DNA from: an uncultured bacterium | GTDB lineage: Bacteria > Krumholzibacteriota > Krumholzibacteriia > Krumholzibacteriales > Krumholzibacteriaceae | NCBI GenBank assembly: GCA_963813815.1 | Contig: CAWFAD010000005.1 | Location: forward strand, 49,932-113,931 | Length of the DNA stretch: 64,000 bases | Direction: 5' to 3' | Shown here: piece after piece, positions 50,534 to 63,599 of the stretch | How the letters are laid out: the number at the start of each line of letters is the position of its first letter | Numbering within the stretch: position 1 is the first letter of the stretch | Position numbers and translations under genes: made by a program | Notes under the pieces: generated by a model | The model's database searches: none | What the model was told of the DNA's origin: nothing | The model's input: the letters and a program-made list of their open reading frames with translations, nothing else

Positions 50534-50689
50534 GTCCGTAGAGTCTTTCCATCCCCTTTGAAATAAATACGTTAAGCGCCGGCGCGCGGCCCGTTACAAA
50601 TCTTTACTCGTAAGCCCGTGTTATAGTAATGCTTGCGCGGGCTCTTTTCAAACAGAATCGAGCAAGAGCCCTGCCATGGCGCCTCCGCT

Positions 50690-51472
50690 CTAGCGCCCCG
50701 TGAAAGCGGCCGGGCGCTTCTCGAGAAACGCCGTCATGCCTTCTTTCATGTCCCGCGTGCCGCAGGTCATGGCGAAGAGCGACGCCTCGAATCGAAGGGC
50801 GTCCTCGAACGACATCTCGGTGCCGTGGAGCGTCGCCTCCATGCAGGCCCTCAGGGCGAACGGCGGCTTGGCGAGCAGGGTCTTCGCGAGCTCTTCGACG
50901 GCTGCATCGAGCTCTCCGGCCGGAACCACCTTGTTGACGAGCCCGAGCGCGAGGGCCTCGGCCGCCGTCAGCGCTCTGCCCGTGAGCACGAGCTCCATGG
51001 CGACGCCGCGGGGCACGAGGCGCGCGAGCCTCTGCGTTCCGCCGTACCCGGGTATCGTTCCGAGGTTGATCTCCGGCTGTCCGAGACGCGCCCGGTCGAC
51101 GGCGATCCGCAGCGTGCACGCCATCGCGAGCTCGCAGCCGCCGCCGAGGGCGAAGCCGTTGATGGCGGCTATCACGGGCTTTCCGAGGCGCTCCATGAGA
51201 AGGGTGAGCGCCTGTCCCCGCGCCGCGAACTCCTTGCCGGCCAGCGGGTCGAGCTTGAGGAGCTCGGAGATATCGGCCCCCGCCGCGAAGGATTTCTCTC
51301 CGGCGCCGGTCAGCACGACGACGCCGACCTCCTCGTCGCTCTTCATGGCGTTGAAGGCTTCGATGAGCTCGACCACCGTATCGATGCTGAGCGCGTTGAG
51401 CTTCGTCGGGCGATTGATGATGATTCGGCCTATCCGGTCCTTTTTTTCGATGAGAACGTTTTCGAGCTTCAT
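50690..51472 (-). CDS. Enoyl-CoA hydratase (crotonase)
   Basis: FAAGADI, GFALGGGCELA, GQPEINLGTIPGYGGTQRL. Confidence 0.94.
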   Translation of the reverse strand: MKLENVLIEKKDRIGRIIINRPTKLNALSIDTVVELIEAFNAMKSDEEVGVVVLTGAGEKSFAAGADISELLKLDPLAGKEFAARGQALTLLMERLGKPVIAAINGFALGGGCELAMACTLRIAVDRARLGQPEINLGTIPGYGGTQRLARLVPRGVAMELVLTGRALTAAEALALGLVNKVVPAGELDAAVEELAKTLLAKPPFALRACMEATLHGTEMSFEDALRFEASLFAMTCGTRDMKEGMTAFLEKRPAAFTGR

Positions 51473-51615
51473 GACCCATGCTCCTCTCGAATCGCGACGC
51501 CGCGAGCGGAATATTTCGCGTATCGCCGGCTATTTAAGGACGCGCCGGAAAGGGGTGTCAACAACAAACTGTTCCTTGACTTGCGCCGGCGTTTTCGTTT
51601 ATCCATTGTGCAATT

Positions 51616-54324
51616 ATGAAATTGCGCCCGCGTTTTCCGCGCCTCGTCGCGCTTCTCTTTATCGCGGTTCTCCTCGCGCCGCGCTCGGGCCAAGCGCCCC
51701 CGCCGCAGGGGGAGGAAACGCTCGCGCGGGCGCTGGCCGCCCGTATCGCGGGAGGAGCCCGGGAGGAGGCGGCCCGCCGGCCGAACGCCCTCGATATACT
51801 CGACCGGTATCCCCTCACGGCCACCGCGGCGTACCTTCTTCTCGGCGACGATCCGAATCTCCTGCGCTCGCTCTATCCGCGCATTCAATCCGCCGTGACC
51901 GGCGCGCTCGCGCCCGGGAGGATGACCGGGGCGGGCCTCGTATCCGGAGCCGCCGACGAGTCGCTCCGCTCGGGCGACACGGTCTCCCCCGCTCTCAACG
52001 CCCTCGCCGGAATCGAGCTCTGGAGTCTTCATCTCATAGCGTGGAAAACGGGAGCGCACGAAGACGCCCTCGAGTATCTCGCGTGGTCGAGACGGCTTTC
52101 CGCGGCCGTCGCGCAAGGTTTGTACGTGCCCGATCGCGCACGTTTTTATCCGGCGTCGCCATCCGGCCGGCCGCTCCCCGTCGACACCCCCGCCGAGCTT
52201 CTTCCCCTCGTGCTCGACGAGACGCTCGGACAGGGGACGCGCGACCGGATCATCGAGTCGTTCACCGCGGGGATACTCGAAGCGGAGGCGCAGGGACGCC
52301 CGCGGTTCGACGGCGACGGGATGTGGCGGGATCCCCTCATGCAGCCGGTCGTTCTCGATCTTCTCTCGAATATCCCCGGCGGCAAGGCGCTCGTCGCCGC
52401 CGCCGCCGCGACCATCTCCCCCGGCATGGCGCCCTCCGACCCGATGGAGGCGGCATGGATCGATTTCTGGCGGCGCGGCCCTTCGCGCCGCTCCGGACTC
52501 TTTCCGGGATGGAGCGCCTGCCCGGCGCTCGCGAATCTCGTCCTGCTGCTCGACCGGGGCTCGATCGCGTCGGCGGACGAAACCGGCGCGCTTCGGACGG
52601 GCGTCGACTCGCTCTCGCGAGCGCTCGCCGCGGACGCGCTCTCCGTGGAATCGTTCGCGGCGGCGACCTCCGCCGCGAACGCCCTCATGACGAGAATCGA
52701 GCGTCTTGCCGGGCTCCTCGCCTCGCCCAAGGAACGATGGAGAATCGCCGATCACGCGACCTGGATGCGTCTTTCGCCGCGAACGAAGCGGCTCGTCACG
52801 GAGAGCTTCGCCGTCGCCCTCGTCGAGCTCGTGCGCGTCAAGACGGAGCTCGCCCTGCGGCTTGAGCGGGGCGCGGGGATCGCCTTCAGGCTCTCCCTCC
52901 CGGACGATCCCGTCGTCAAGGGCGATCCGGTGCCCTTCGTCGCCGCGCTCGAGAGCGCGCGCGACACGATCCCGGTTTCGCGCATCTCGCTTCAGATCGG
53001 CGATACGCGATGGAAGCCCGCCGGCGGAGGCTCGGGGCCCTTCGCGGCACCGGGATCGCCCATCCGCTTCGCGGAATCGCTCGCTCTCCCGCCCCTCGCC
53101 GAGCCGGGGATCATTCCCTTCAATGCCTCGCTCGAGGTCGCGACGGGCAAGGGACGTCTCGAGCTGTGGCGCCGCGAGAGCGTCGCGCTCGTTCCACCCT
53201 ACCGCGTGTCGATCGAATTCCCGGAGGGAAGGCGGCTCGGCTCCGAACCGCTTCCGGTGGCGATCACCGTGCGGTACCGGCCGGACCACGATATCCGGGG
53301 AACCGTCGAGGGAGTCTTCATGAAGGAGCTCGCCACGATTCCTCCTCTTCCGGCGCGTTTCCTCGTCGGCGCCTCGAGCGATCGCGTCGATCTCGCGCTG
53401 GCCGTCTCGCCCAAGGAGAGCCTCGCGCCGGGACGCTATCCTTTCTCGCTCACCGTCTCCCTCGAGACGGGGCCCGTCGCCCGCTTCGAGGAAACGCTCG
53501 TTCTCCCCATCCGCTGGCTCTACCTCGGACCGATGACGACGGAGGAGACGTTTCGCCGCGGGATCGTTTACCAGCGGGATCTCCTCGGACAATACGCGAG
53601 CGGCGCCGAGGCCGGCATCCGCTGGCGCGTGGCCCCCGCCGAGGCATACGATCCGAACGGAGCTCTCCATCCCGGCCGTCTCCCCGCCGCGGGCGCCGGC
53701 CCCAGCCTGCTTCTCTATACGGCGGTCGACGCTCCGGCCCCCATGAAGCTCCGCTGCGCCGTCGGAACCGCCGACTCAATTTCCCTCTGGCTCAACGGAG
53801 CGCATATACTCTCGAGCGGCCCCCGGACAGGCGCGGCGGTTCCGGTGGAGCCGGTCGAGCTCCGCAAGGGGCCCAATTCGATCCTCGTCGCGGTGGCATG
53901 GACCGACGCCCCCGGGAGCGTTCGATTCGATCTCATGGACGAGAACGGCTATCCCGCCGCGGGGCTCGACAACGACCTCGAAACGATCGTCGACGGATTC
54001 GAGCGCATCGCGGCGGCCGGGACGGCCGCGGGACCCGCGGAGAAAGCGCCCGCGGAGCCGATTCTGCGCCAGGTGTCCTTCAAGCTCGACCGCGCCTCCG
54101 CGCGGGAGGTGTTCGTCATCGGCTCCTTCAACAACTGGGATCCCGCGGCCACCCCCATGAAACGAGACGCGACCGGGCTCTGGCGGGCGGCGCTCCTGCT
54201 CAAGCCCGGCAGATACCCGTACAAGTTTTTCATCGACCGGAAGGCGAAGATCGTCGATCCGCAGTGCTCGCTCGAAGAGCCGGACGGTTTCGGCGGGATG
54301 AACTCGGTGATCGAGGTCAAATAG
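51616..54324 (+). CDS. Exported multidomain protein: degenerate (alpha/alpha)6 glycosidase-like N-terminus, beta-sandwich domains, C-terminal CBM48/AMPK-type glycogen-binding domain
   Basis: C-terminal AREVFVIGSFNNW..GLW..LKPGRYPYKFFID..DGFGGMNSVI is clear; N-terminal similarity judged by eye. Confidence 0.7.
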   Translation: MKLRPRFPRLVALLFIAVLLAPRSGQAPPPQGEETLARALAARIAGGAREEAARRPNALDILDRYPLTATAAYLLLGDDPNLLRSLYPRIQSAVTGALAPGRMTGAGLVSGAADESLRSGDTVSPALNALAGIELWSLHLIAWKTGAHEDALEYLAWSRRLSAAVAQGLYVPDRARFYPASPSGRPLPVDTPAELLPLVLDETLGQGTRDRIIESFTAGILEAEAQGRPRFDGDGMWRDPLMQPVVLDLLSNIPGGKALVAAAAATISPGMAPSDPMEAAWIDFWRRGPSRRSGLFPGWSACPALANLVLLLDRGSIASADETGALRTGVDSLSRALAADALSVESFAAATSAANALMTRIERLAGLLASPKERWRIADHATWMRLSPRTKRLVTESFAVALVELVRVKTELALRLERGAGIAFRLSLPDDPVVKGDPVPFVAALESARDTIPVSRISLQIGDTRWKPAGGGSGPFAAPGSPIRFAESLALPPLAEPGIIPFNASLEVATGKGRLELWRRESVALVPPYRVSIEFPEGRRLGSEPLPVAITVRYRPDHDIRGTVEGVFMKELATIPPLPARFLVGASSDRVDLALAVSPKESLAPGRYPFSLTVSLETGPVARFEETLVLPIRWLYLGPMTTEETFRRGIVYQRDLLGQYASGAEAGIRWRVAPAEAYDPNGALHPGRLPAAGAGPSLLLYTAVDAPAPMKLRCAVGTADSISLWLNGAHILSSGPRTGAAVPVEPVELRKGPNSILVAVAWTDAPGSVRFDLMDENGYPAAGLDNDLETIVDGFERIAAAGTAAGPAEKAPAEPILRQVSFKLDRASAREVFVIGSFNNWDPAATPMKRDATGLWRAALLLKPGRYPYKFFIDRKAKIVDPQCSLEEPDGFGGMNSVIEVK

Positions 54325-54336
54325 GGAGCGGCCCCC

Positions 54337-55515
54337 GTGCCTGCACGACGAAAAACGCGGCGCGTCATGATCGTCTTCGGAACGCGGCCCGAGGTCATCA
54401 AGCTCGCGCCCGTCATACGCGAGCTGCGCAGCCGCGGCATCTACGACGCGCGAACCTGCTTCACGGCCCAGCACCGCGAGCTGTGCGATCCGCTCCTTCG
54501 CTTCTTCTCCATCCGTCCCGATTTCGACCTCAACGTCATGACCGAAAAACAGTCCCTCGCCGACATCGCCACCCGCACGATGACGAGGCTCGATCGGGTG
54601 CTCGATCGCGCGAAAACGGACTTGCTGATCGTGCAGGGAGACACGACCTCGGCGTTCGCCGCGGCGTTGCTCGCGTTCTACCGCAAAATTCCGGTGGCGC
54701 ACGTCGAGGCCGGGCTTCGCACCGCCACGGTCTGGAACCCCTACCCCGAGGAAATGAACCGCCGGCTCGTCGGACGCGTCGCGGAGCTCCACTTCGCTCC
54801 GACGGAGCGGGCCCGCCGCGCCCTCGCCGCCGAAGGGGTGGGCGCGGGCTCGATCTGGGTCACCGGCAACACGGTCATCGACGCCCTGCATTTCACGCGC
54901 CGGGCGATGCGCGCGCGACGCGCGCGGGCACCGCGGTCGAGCCGGGGAACGCGCAGGCTCATCCTCGTCACCGCGCACCGGCGCGAGAGCTTCGGACGGG
55001 GCATCGAGGAGATATGCGCCGCGCTCGGCGACCTCGTCGACCGCAACCCGGACATCGAGATCTTTTTTCCCGTGCATCCGAACCCGTCGGTTCGCTCGAC
55101 CGTCGCCCGGATGCTCTCCGGCCGCGACCGCGTCCTTCTCTCGCCTCCCGTCGAGTACCCGGAGCTCGTTCGCGTCATGGACGAGAGCTTCCTCGTGCTG
55201 ACCGACTCCGGAGGACTTCAGGAGGAGGCCCCGGCCCTCGGCAAACCGGTCGTCGTCATGCGCGACGAAACCGAGCGCCCCGAGATCGTCGCGGCCGGCG
55301 GGGCCGTTCTCACGGGTCCCCACCGCGAGCGCATCGTCTCCGCCGTCGAGAAGATACTTTCCGACCGGCGGGCGTACGCTCGCATGGCTCGCGTCCGAAA
55401 CCCCTTCGGCGACGGGCGCGCGGCCCAGCGCATCCGCCGCATCCTCGACGCGTGGTTCCGATCGAACGGCACGGCGCCGCCGGCGATCGACCGATCGGTC
55501 GAGTTTCGACCGTGA
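54337..55515 (+). CDS. wecB: UDP-N-acetylglucosamine 2-epimerase (non-hydrolysing)
   Basis: FGTRPEVIK, VQGDTT, HVEAGLRT, TGNTVIDA, TAHRRE, TDSGGLQEEAP, NPFGDG. Confidence 0.96.
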   Translation: MPARRKTRRVMIVFGTRPEVIKLAPVIRELRSRGIYDARTCFTAQHRELCDPLLRFFSIRPDFDLNVMTEKQSLADIATRTMTRLDRVLDRAKTDLLIVQGDTTSAFAAALLAFYRKIPVAHVEAGLRTATVWNPYPEEMNRRLVGRVAELHFAPTERARRALAAEGVGAGSIWVTGNTVIDALHFTRRAMRARRARAPRSSRGTRRLILVTAHRRESFGRGIEEICAALGDLVDRNPDIEIFFPVHPNPSVRSTVARMLSGRDRVLLSPPVEYPELVRVMDESFLVLTDSGGLQEEAPALGKPVVVMRDETERPEIVAAGGAVLTGPHRERIVSAVEKILSDRRAYARMARVRNPFGDGRAAQRIRRILDAWFRSNGTAPPAIDRSVEFRP

Positions 55516-55625
55516 GATCGCTCCCTCCTTCCGGCGAATAGGGCTTTTCACGGGCGCACGCGCCGTGCTACCCTTTTCCCCGGTCGATCGACGGAATTCG
55601 CTCGATGGAGAAATGGGGATGCTCG

Positions 55626-56220
55626 ATGAGGAACATGCGCGGCGTGGCCGCCGTTTCGACACTCATCTCCCTCGCGACGCTTGTCGCGGGCGGAGTTCGC
55701 GCTGAGCTGCCGCGCCGCATCAGCGCCTCGGCGGCGTGCACCTACTTCGCTCTCGACGGCGATTTCTTCGGTCTCGGCGGCGCGATCGGAGCCGCGGGGG
55801 CGTTTCGCTACGAGCTCTTCCGCGACATCTACTTCGAAAACTCGCTCGGATTCTTCGAGACGGAGGGATCGGGAGTCGGCGTCGCCGGGCTCGCTTCCCG
55901 AATCAACGTCGTCGCCGTCCTCTCCGATGTTCATCCCCTACCGCCCGGTCGCCCGGTTCGGCGTCGGCTTTCTGTCGGTGAATCCGGTCACGGTGACTCC
56001 GATCGAGTCTTTCAGACCCGCGCAAACGACCTTTTACCTCTGCGGAGGCGCCGGGGTGACGCGATCGTTTCTCGAGAACTTCTTCGTGGAAGCGGAGGCG
56101 AGCGTCTGGGTCGCGCCCTACCGGTACCGGGTCTATGAGTTCAACCGGTACGACGTCACGGTGAGCGAGGAGTGGTTCACCCACCTCGGACTCTCGCTCG
56201 GCGCCGTGTATACCTTCTGA
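55626..56220 (+). CDS. Small outer-membrane beta-barrel protein; one frameshift near 55925
   Basis: Signal peptide in ORF 55605, barrel strands and terminal GAVYTF in ORF 55681-56220. Confidence 0.65.
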
Positions 56221-56233
56221 TGACCGCGGCGGA

Positions 56234-59069
56234 TCAGGGCGCGTAGACCAGCTTGACCGTTCGCGACTCCCTCCCGATCGGAACACGCAGAAATAGACTC
56301 CCGCCCCGAGATCCGCGCTCGCGCGGCCGCCACGGCAGCTCGTAGGTGCCTCGGACGAACTCGCGCGCCGCGAGCCGGTCGACGCGCGTTCCCGACACGT
56401 CGTAGACGTCGATCTCGACCGGCCCGCCGCCGGCACGACGAAGCGGATCGGTCGTTTCCCGCGAGAACGGATTGGGATAGTTCACGATGGCCGGATCGAG
56501 CCCTATCTGGTACGGCCCCTCGAGCACGTAAGGCTCCTCGACGCCGCCCGGGAGATACGTGACGATCCGGTAGGAATAGTCCACGCCGAGCTCGACCGCC
56601 GCGTCCCGGTAAGAAAACTCTCGCCCCGTCCCCCCGAAGCGTATCCGGCGTGACGAGCGCGAACGCTCCCCCGTCGTCCGAGCGGTACAGGAGACAGCCG
56701 CGGACCCCGTCTATCGGCGCGAGGGTCCAGGAGACGAGGAGGTCGCTCTTTCCCTCGGCGACCGCACGCGTCGAGATACACCGATACGACGGCGACGCCC
56801 GCTGCGAGGAGCCGGTCTGACCGTCGCCGCTTTCGACCACGACATCCCAGTTCCCCGCGTAGAGCTCCGAGAGCGCGAAGGTCGCGAGAATACTGTTCTC
56901 GCCGAGCCATTCGACGGCGCCCGCCACGACCGTGTCGACCCCGCGCGCGAGGGCGCAGGAAGCGCCGTACAGCATGCCCTCGCCCCTGATGTCGAGCACC
57001 GCCTCGGTGTCCCGGAGCTTGTCGATCGTGTCGGGTTCGGCGCTCGCGACGGTCGGCGCGAACATGCCCCCGGCGAACGTCGCGGTGACGTGCCCCGGAC
57101 GAACCCATGGTGATACCGCTGATGAGAACGGGCGTCGGGCGGCCGCCGTTCGAGTAGCTCCGCGGGATCGGTCGAGGGGCCGAAGGAGCGGTTGTCGGAG
57201 CTCCCCGGGAAGGGGTCCCCCGAGTCGCCCGAGTTGCTCCCGTTCGAGATGGAAGAGAAGGTTGTAGAGCCCGTCCGCCTCCTCGAGCACGAGACCGCGG
57301 GCCTGCATGTTGGTCGACCCGCCCGTGTTGCCGAGCCTCGTCCATGCCGTGCTGCTCTCGGCGTGCCAGACGACCATCCCCTGCCCGCGCACATTCGCGT
57401 CGAAACCGAGCGCGCGGCGGTTCTCGACGATGAAGTACTCGGCGCTCTCCCCTTCGAAGCGCCAACCCCCGGCGTCGAGCTCGAAATCGGCGCTGTAATT
57501 GAGACCGCCGCCCGCAGAGGCTCAGGTTGTCGACGTTGAAGGTGTAGCCGGCCTGGGAATCGTAATACCCGTCCTCGTCGCTCGACGACGTCGTCCGACG
57601 TGAAGAGGAAGCCGCAGGGTGAAAGTGCACGAGCCCGCGGGATAGCCGCGAGCCGAGATCGATCGTCTCGCGCCGCGTCAACGCGCCCGTATAAATCGCT
57701 ATCGTGTCGGCGGCACCCGTCCCCCTCGAGGATGAGCATGCCGAAATCGTAATCAGCCTCGACGTCGATCGACAGGTCGTACTCGAGGGTCACCGGGCGA
57801 GTCGCGTCGACCGAGAACTCGCGGATCATCGATTCGTGCCAGCCGTTGCCGTACCCCTCCCCGTCCGGCCACCCGCGCGCGGCCGCTTCCGAGGCCGTGT
57901 AGCTGCAGACGAGCGCGCCGTCGTCGAGACCGTAGCGGTACGGCCCGAAACGCCTCGTGGGAAGCGGAAGCTTCACCGCCTCGGCGTACGTCTCGATCGG
58001 CCGGAGGGAAACGCTTCGCCGCGCGCCAGTCGATCTCGACCGGATTGAGCCAGCCGAGTTGCTCGCGGCACCAAGCATCCGGATGCGCGGGGGATGAGGG
58101 CGTGTTCCAGTTGCCGGAGCCCATGAGGCCCCAGTAACCTATGCCGTTGCCTCCGCCGTTGCTGTCGTAGAGATCGGGAAGCCCTATCGCGTGGCCGATC
58201 TCGTGGCAGATGACGCCGATCTCGATCATGGCGCCCCCGCAGGAAAGCGAGGGCACGATGATATAGTCGTCGATCAGTATCGAGCCCCCGCCCGCCCTCG
58301 AATCGTTCGTCCGGTACGGTTCGTGCCCCGATTCGGGCCAGGCCGAGTAGACCCACGAATGCGACCACATGTGCGGAGAGTAGTTGCACTCGGCGCCGAT
58401 CGTCGGGTGGACGACGAGCAGCACGTCGACGTAGCCGTCGTCGTCCCCGGAGTTCGGAACCCCGTCGGGGCCGTCGTTGTCGAAATCGCCGAAATCGACC
58501 GCGCCGTCGCGCGCGTCGAGTATCTCGCCGATCATCTCGCCCGTGCGGGAAACGCCCGGGTAGATGCCGTAGTAGGGAACGCCGCCCGTGTAGTACGCCT
58601 CGTTCTCGGAGAGCGAAACCCAGTCGTACACCGCGCCGGACACGTCGAGGAGCCCGAACGACACCTCGCTCCAGAACTGCGTCAGCGTGCCCGGAGTCCA
58701 TGGGCCGGTGAAGAGCTCGCGATCGAGGCTCGCATTCGTGACGATCGGCGTCACGTCGGCGTACGCGCCGAGGACGACGGGCACATGGAGACCGCCGCTG
58801 AGCGCCGCGGCCGGAGAAAGGATCGCGCTCGCGGAGGCGGCCCCCGAGAGCACGGCGAAGCGGACGTCCCCCGCCCGCTGCCGCTCTCGACGATCGATCC
58901 ACGCGTGCTTCAGGGCGTAGGCGCCTTTTTCACGCGCGGCGACGTCGAGATATGCGTCGGGATACGGTCCGCCGCCCCGCGGAGAGACGATTCCCGCCTG
59001 AGCGCCGCCGACGGCCGCGAGGATCATGGATGCGCCGAGCACCGATGTCCGCCAGATCATATCCCTCAC
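56234..59069 (-). CDS. Immune-inhibitor-A (M6) metalloprotease with FlgD/T9SS-like C-terminal domain; many frameshifts
   Basis: DNDGPDG..DDDGYVD, CHEIGHAIGLPDLY, GLMGSG Met-turn; later fragments LEEADG, DSGDPFPG, NYPNPF..IDVYDVSG lie in different frames. Confidence 0.8.
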
Positions 59070-59104
59070 CCCGTCGAATCGTCGAGCGGGCCGCCGGCCG
59101 ATCG

Positions 59105-59671
59105 TCAGTCGGCCGGATTGATGATCGCTTTGTACGTCGAAGCCTCGATGATGGGATTCCCTTCGTCGCAGGTCGCCACGGCCAGGATCTTCCCCTCGAA
59201 GCTCGGCATGAGGGCGATCTCCGCGTTCACGAGGCCGGCCGGCACCTTTATCGCCAGCTCGTGCAGCACGATCCTCGGACCGGCGGCGCAGGGAAACGTC
59301 TCGCTGATTCCCTGCACGAAGGTGCCGATCAGCGCCGCTCGCATTTCGTAGAATTTGTCGTTCTCGATCGTGACTCCCTCGGGCAGAACGAGGCGGTACT
59401 CGACGGCCGCAATCTGCATCGTCACGGGAAAGTTCACGACGATGAAGAGAGTCGCTTCCTTCTCACCCTTGATCTCCACCGTCCGCTTCGTCCCCTCCGC
59501 GTCGAAGAAAAGTCCGAAGCTGATCTCATCCGACACGTACGAGAGCGTCGAGTCGCCGGCCGCGGAGCCCGCCGCGCCCGCCTCGGGCTCTTTTTCCTTC
59601 TTCGCGCACGATGAGAGAACGAGGGCCGCGACCGCGGCGCAGAGGACGAGAGAACGTACACGAAACGCCAT
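59105..59671 (-). CDS. Hypothetical lipoprotein
   Basis: GGAGG RBS, lipobox VLSSC, beta-rich domain. Confidence 0.75.
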   Translation of the reverse strand: MAFRVRSLVLCAAVAALVLSSCAKKEKEPEAGAAGSAAGDSTLSYVSDEISFGLFFDAEGTKRTVEIKGEKEATLFIVVNFPVTMQIAAVEYRLVLPEGVTIENDKFYEMRAALIGTFVQGISETFPCAAGPRIVLHELAIKVPAGLVNAEIALMPSFEGKILAVATCDEGNPIIEASTYKAIINPAD

Positions 59672-59894
59672 GGTATAACCTCCCGGTGTCATCTATAACG
59701 GTATATCGCGCGAGCCGGTCCCGCAAGACCGATTGCGCGCATGATACACGCAACGGCTTTGTTTGACAACGCCTTTCCGGCCACATTGCGATTGACCCTC
59801 CGCGGGGGCGTGCGGTACACTCCCCCAATACGCGGACACGATTCAACGGGCGCCGCGGACCAGCGTCGCGCGCCCCGTCGAGGAGGTATCTCCC

Positions 59895-61455
59895 GTGCAA
59901 TCCAAGAAGGAAAAATTCGAAGAGCTGTCGAAACATCGCGAGCAGGCCCTCCTCGGGGGGGGCGTCGAACGCATGCAGAAGATCCACGAATCGGGACGCC
60001 TCACCGCGAGGGAGCGCATCCATATGCTGTTCGACGAGGGCACGTTTCAGGAGCTCGGCGTGTTCGTGACGCACCGCTCCACGTGGCCCGGCATGGAGGA
60101 CCAGCGAATCGTCGGGGAAGGCGTCGTGTGCGGCCACGGGCTCGTGAACAGCCGCAACGTCTTCGCCTTCGCGCAGGACTTCACCGTTTTCGGCGGCATC
60201 GCTCAGCGAGGCGAACGCCGGCAAGATCACCCGCCTCCTCGACATGGCGATGGAGAACGGCGCCCCCGTCGTCGGGCTCTGCGACAGCGGCGGGGCGCGC
60301 ATCCAGGAAGGTGTGGCGAGCCTCGGCGGATACGCCGACATCTTCCTCCGCAACACGCTCTCGTCCGGAGTCATTCCCCAGATCTCGGCGATCATGGGGC
60401 CGTGCGCCGGAGGGGCCGTCTACTCCCCCGCCATCACCGACTTCATATTCATGGTGAAGGACACGAGCCACATGTTCATCACCGGACCCGAACGTGATCA
60501 AGAAGGTCACGCACGAGGACGTGACCTTCGAGGAGCTCGGCGGAGCGCTCACCCACAACAGCAAGAGCGGCGTGGCCCACTTCGTCGCCGAGAACGACGA
60601 AAAGTGCATCGCGATGATCAAAGAGCTCCTCTCCTACCTCCCGCAGAACAACCTCGAGGATCCGCCGTACATCGCGCCGGCCGACGATCCCGGGCGCCGG
60701 GAACCGAAGCTCAACGAGGTCGTCCCCGACGATCCGCGGCAGCCGTACGACATCCTCGACGTCATTCACCTCGTCGTCGACGACGGGGCCTTCTACGAAG
60801 TGCAGACCCCTCTGGGCGAAAAATATCGTCGTCGGATTCTCCCGGCTGAACGGCCACGTCGTCGGCATCGTCGCCAACCAGCCTCTGCACATGGCTGGAG
60901 TGCTCGACATCGACAGCTCGATCAAGGCGGCGCGGTTCGTCCGCTTCTGCGACGCATTCAACGTCCCGCTCATCACCTTCGAGGACGTCCCCGGCTTTCT
61001 CCCCGGCACGAACCAGGAATGGGGCGGCATCATTCGACACGGCGCCAAGCTCATCTTCGCCTACTGCGAGGCGACGGTGCCCAAGATCACCGTCATCACC
61101 CGCAAGGCGTACGGCGGCGCGTACTGCGTCATGTCGAGCAAGCACATCCGCGGCGACTACAACATCGCCTGGCCGACGGCCGAGATCGCCGTCATGGGCG
61201 CCGAGGGCGCCGTCAACATCCTCTACCGCAAGGAGCTGCGCGGCTCGGACGAAGCCCGGACGCGGCGCCGCCAGAACTACATCGACATGTACACGGAAAA
61301 GTTCGCCAATCCCTACGTCGCCGCGAGCTTCGGCTTTCTCGACGACGTCATCATGCCGGAGACACCCGAGGCCGATGATCATCACGCCCTCGAGATACCT
61401 CATCAACAAGCGGCAGCAGTTGCCGCCGAAGAAGCACGGCAACATCCCGCTCTGA
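59895..61455 (+). CDS. Acyl-CoA (propionyl/methylmalonyl-CoA) carboxyltransferase subunit; several frameshifts
   Basis: [55 protein letters not shown], terminal KKHGNIPL across frames. Confidence 0.9.
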
Positions 61456-61467
61456 GGCGACGCGACC

Positions 61468-63190
<1,723 letters not shown>

Positions 63191-63194
<4 letters not shown>

Positions 63195-63599
63195 AGACAA
63201 AGCTCGGAGCGATCGATCACATCGGCATCGCGGTCTCGAACCTCGATGAGGCGAAGAAGATCTTCTGCGACGCCCTCGGCATTCCCTGCACCGCCGAGAA
63301 AACCGTCCCCGAACGCGGCGTCAGGATCGCCTTCCTCTCGACCGGCAACACGACCATCGAGCTGCTCGAGGGGATCGGCGAGAACAGCGCCGTTTCGAAG
63401 TTCGTCGCTCAGCGGGGCCCCGGCATACATCATCTCTGCTTCGAGGTCGACGACGCGGCCCGCGTCCTCGCGGAGCTCGACGCCGGCGGCCTGCAGCTCG
63501 TCGACACCGTCCGCGCGCCCGGGCGCCGAGGGGAAACCGGTCGCTTTCCTCCACCCGAAATCGACGATGGGAGTTCTCGTCGAGCTCATCGAGCGCTGA
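63191..63599 (+). CDS. mce: Methylmalonyl-CoA epimerase; one frameshift near 63525
   Basis: [24 protein letters not shown], then [24 protein letters not shown] in another frame. Confidence 0.9.
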
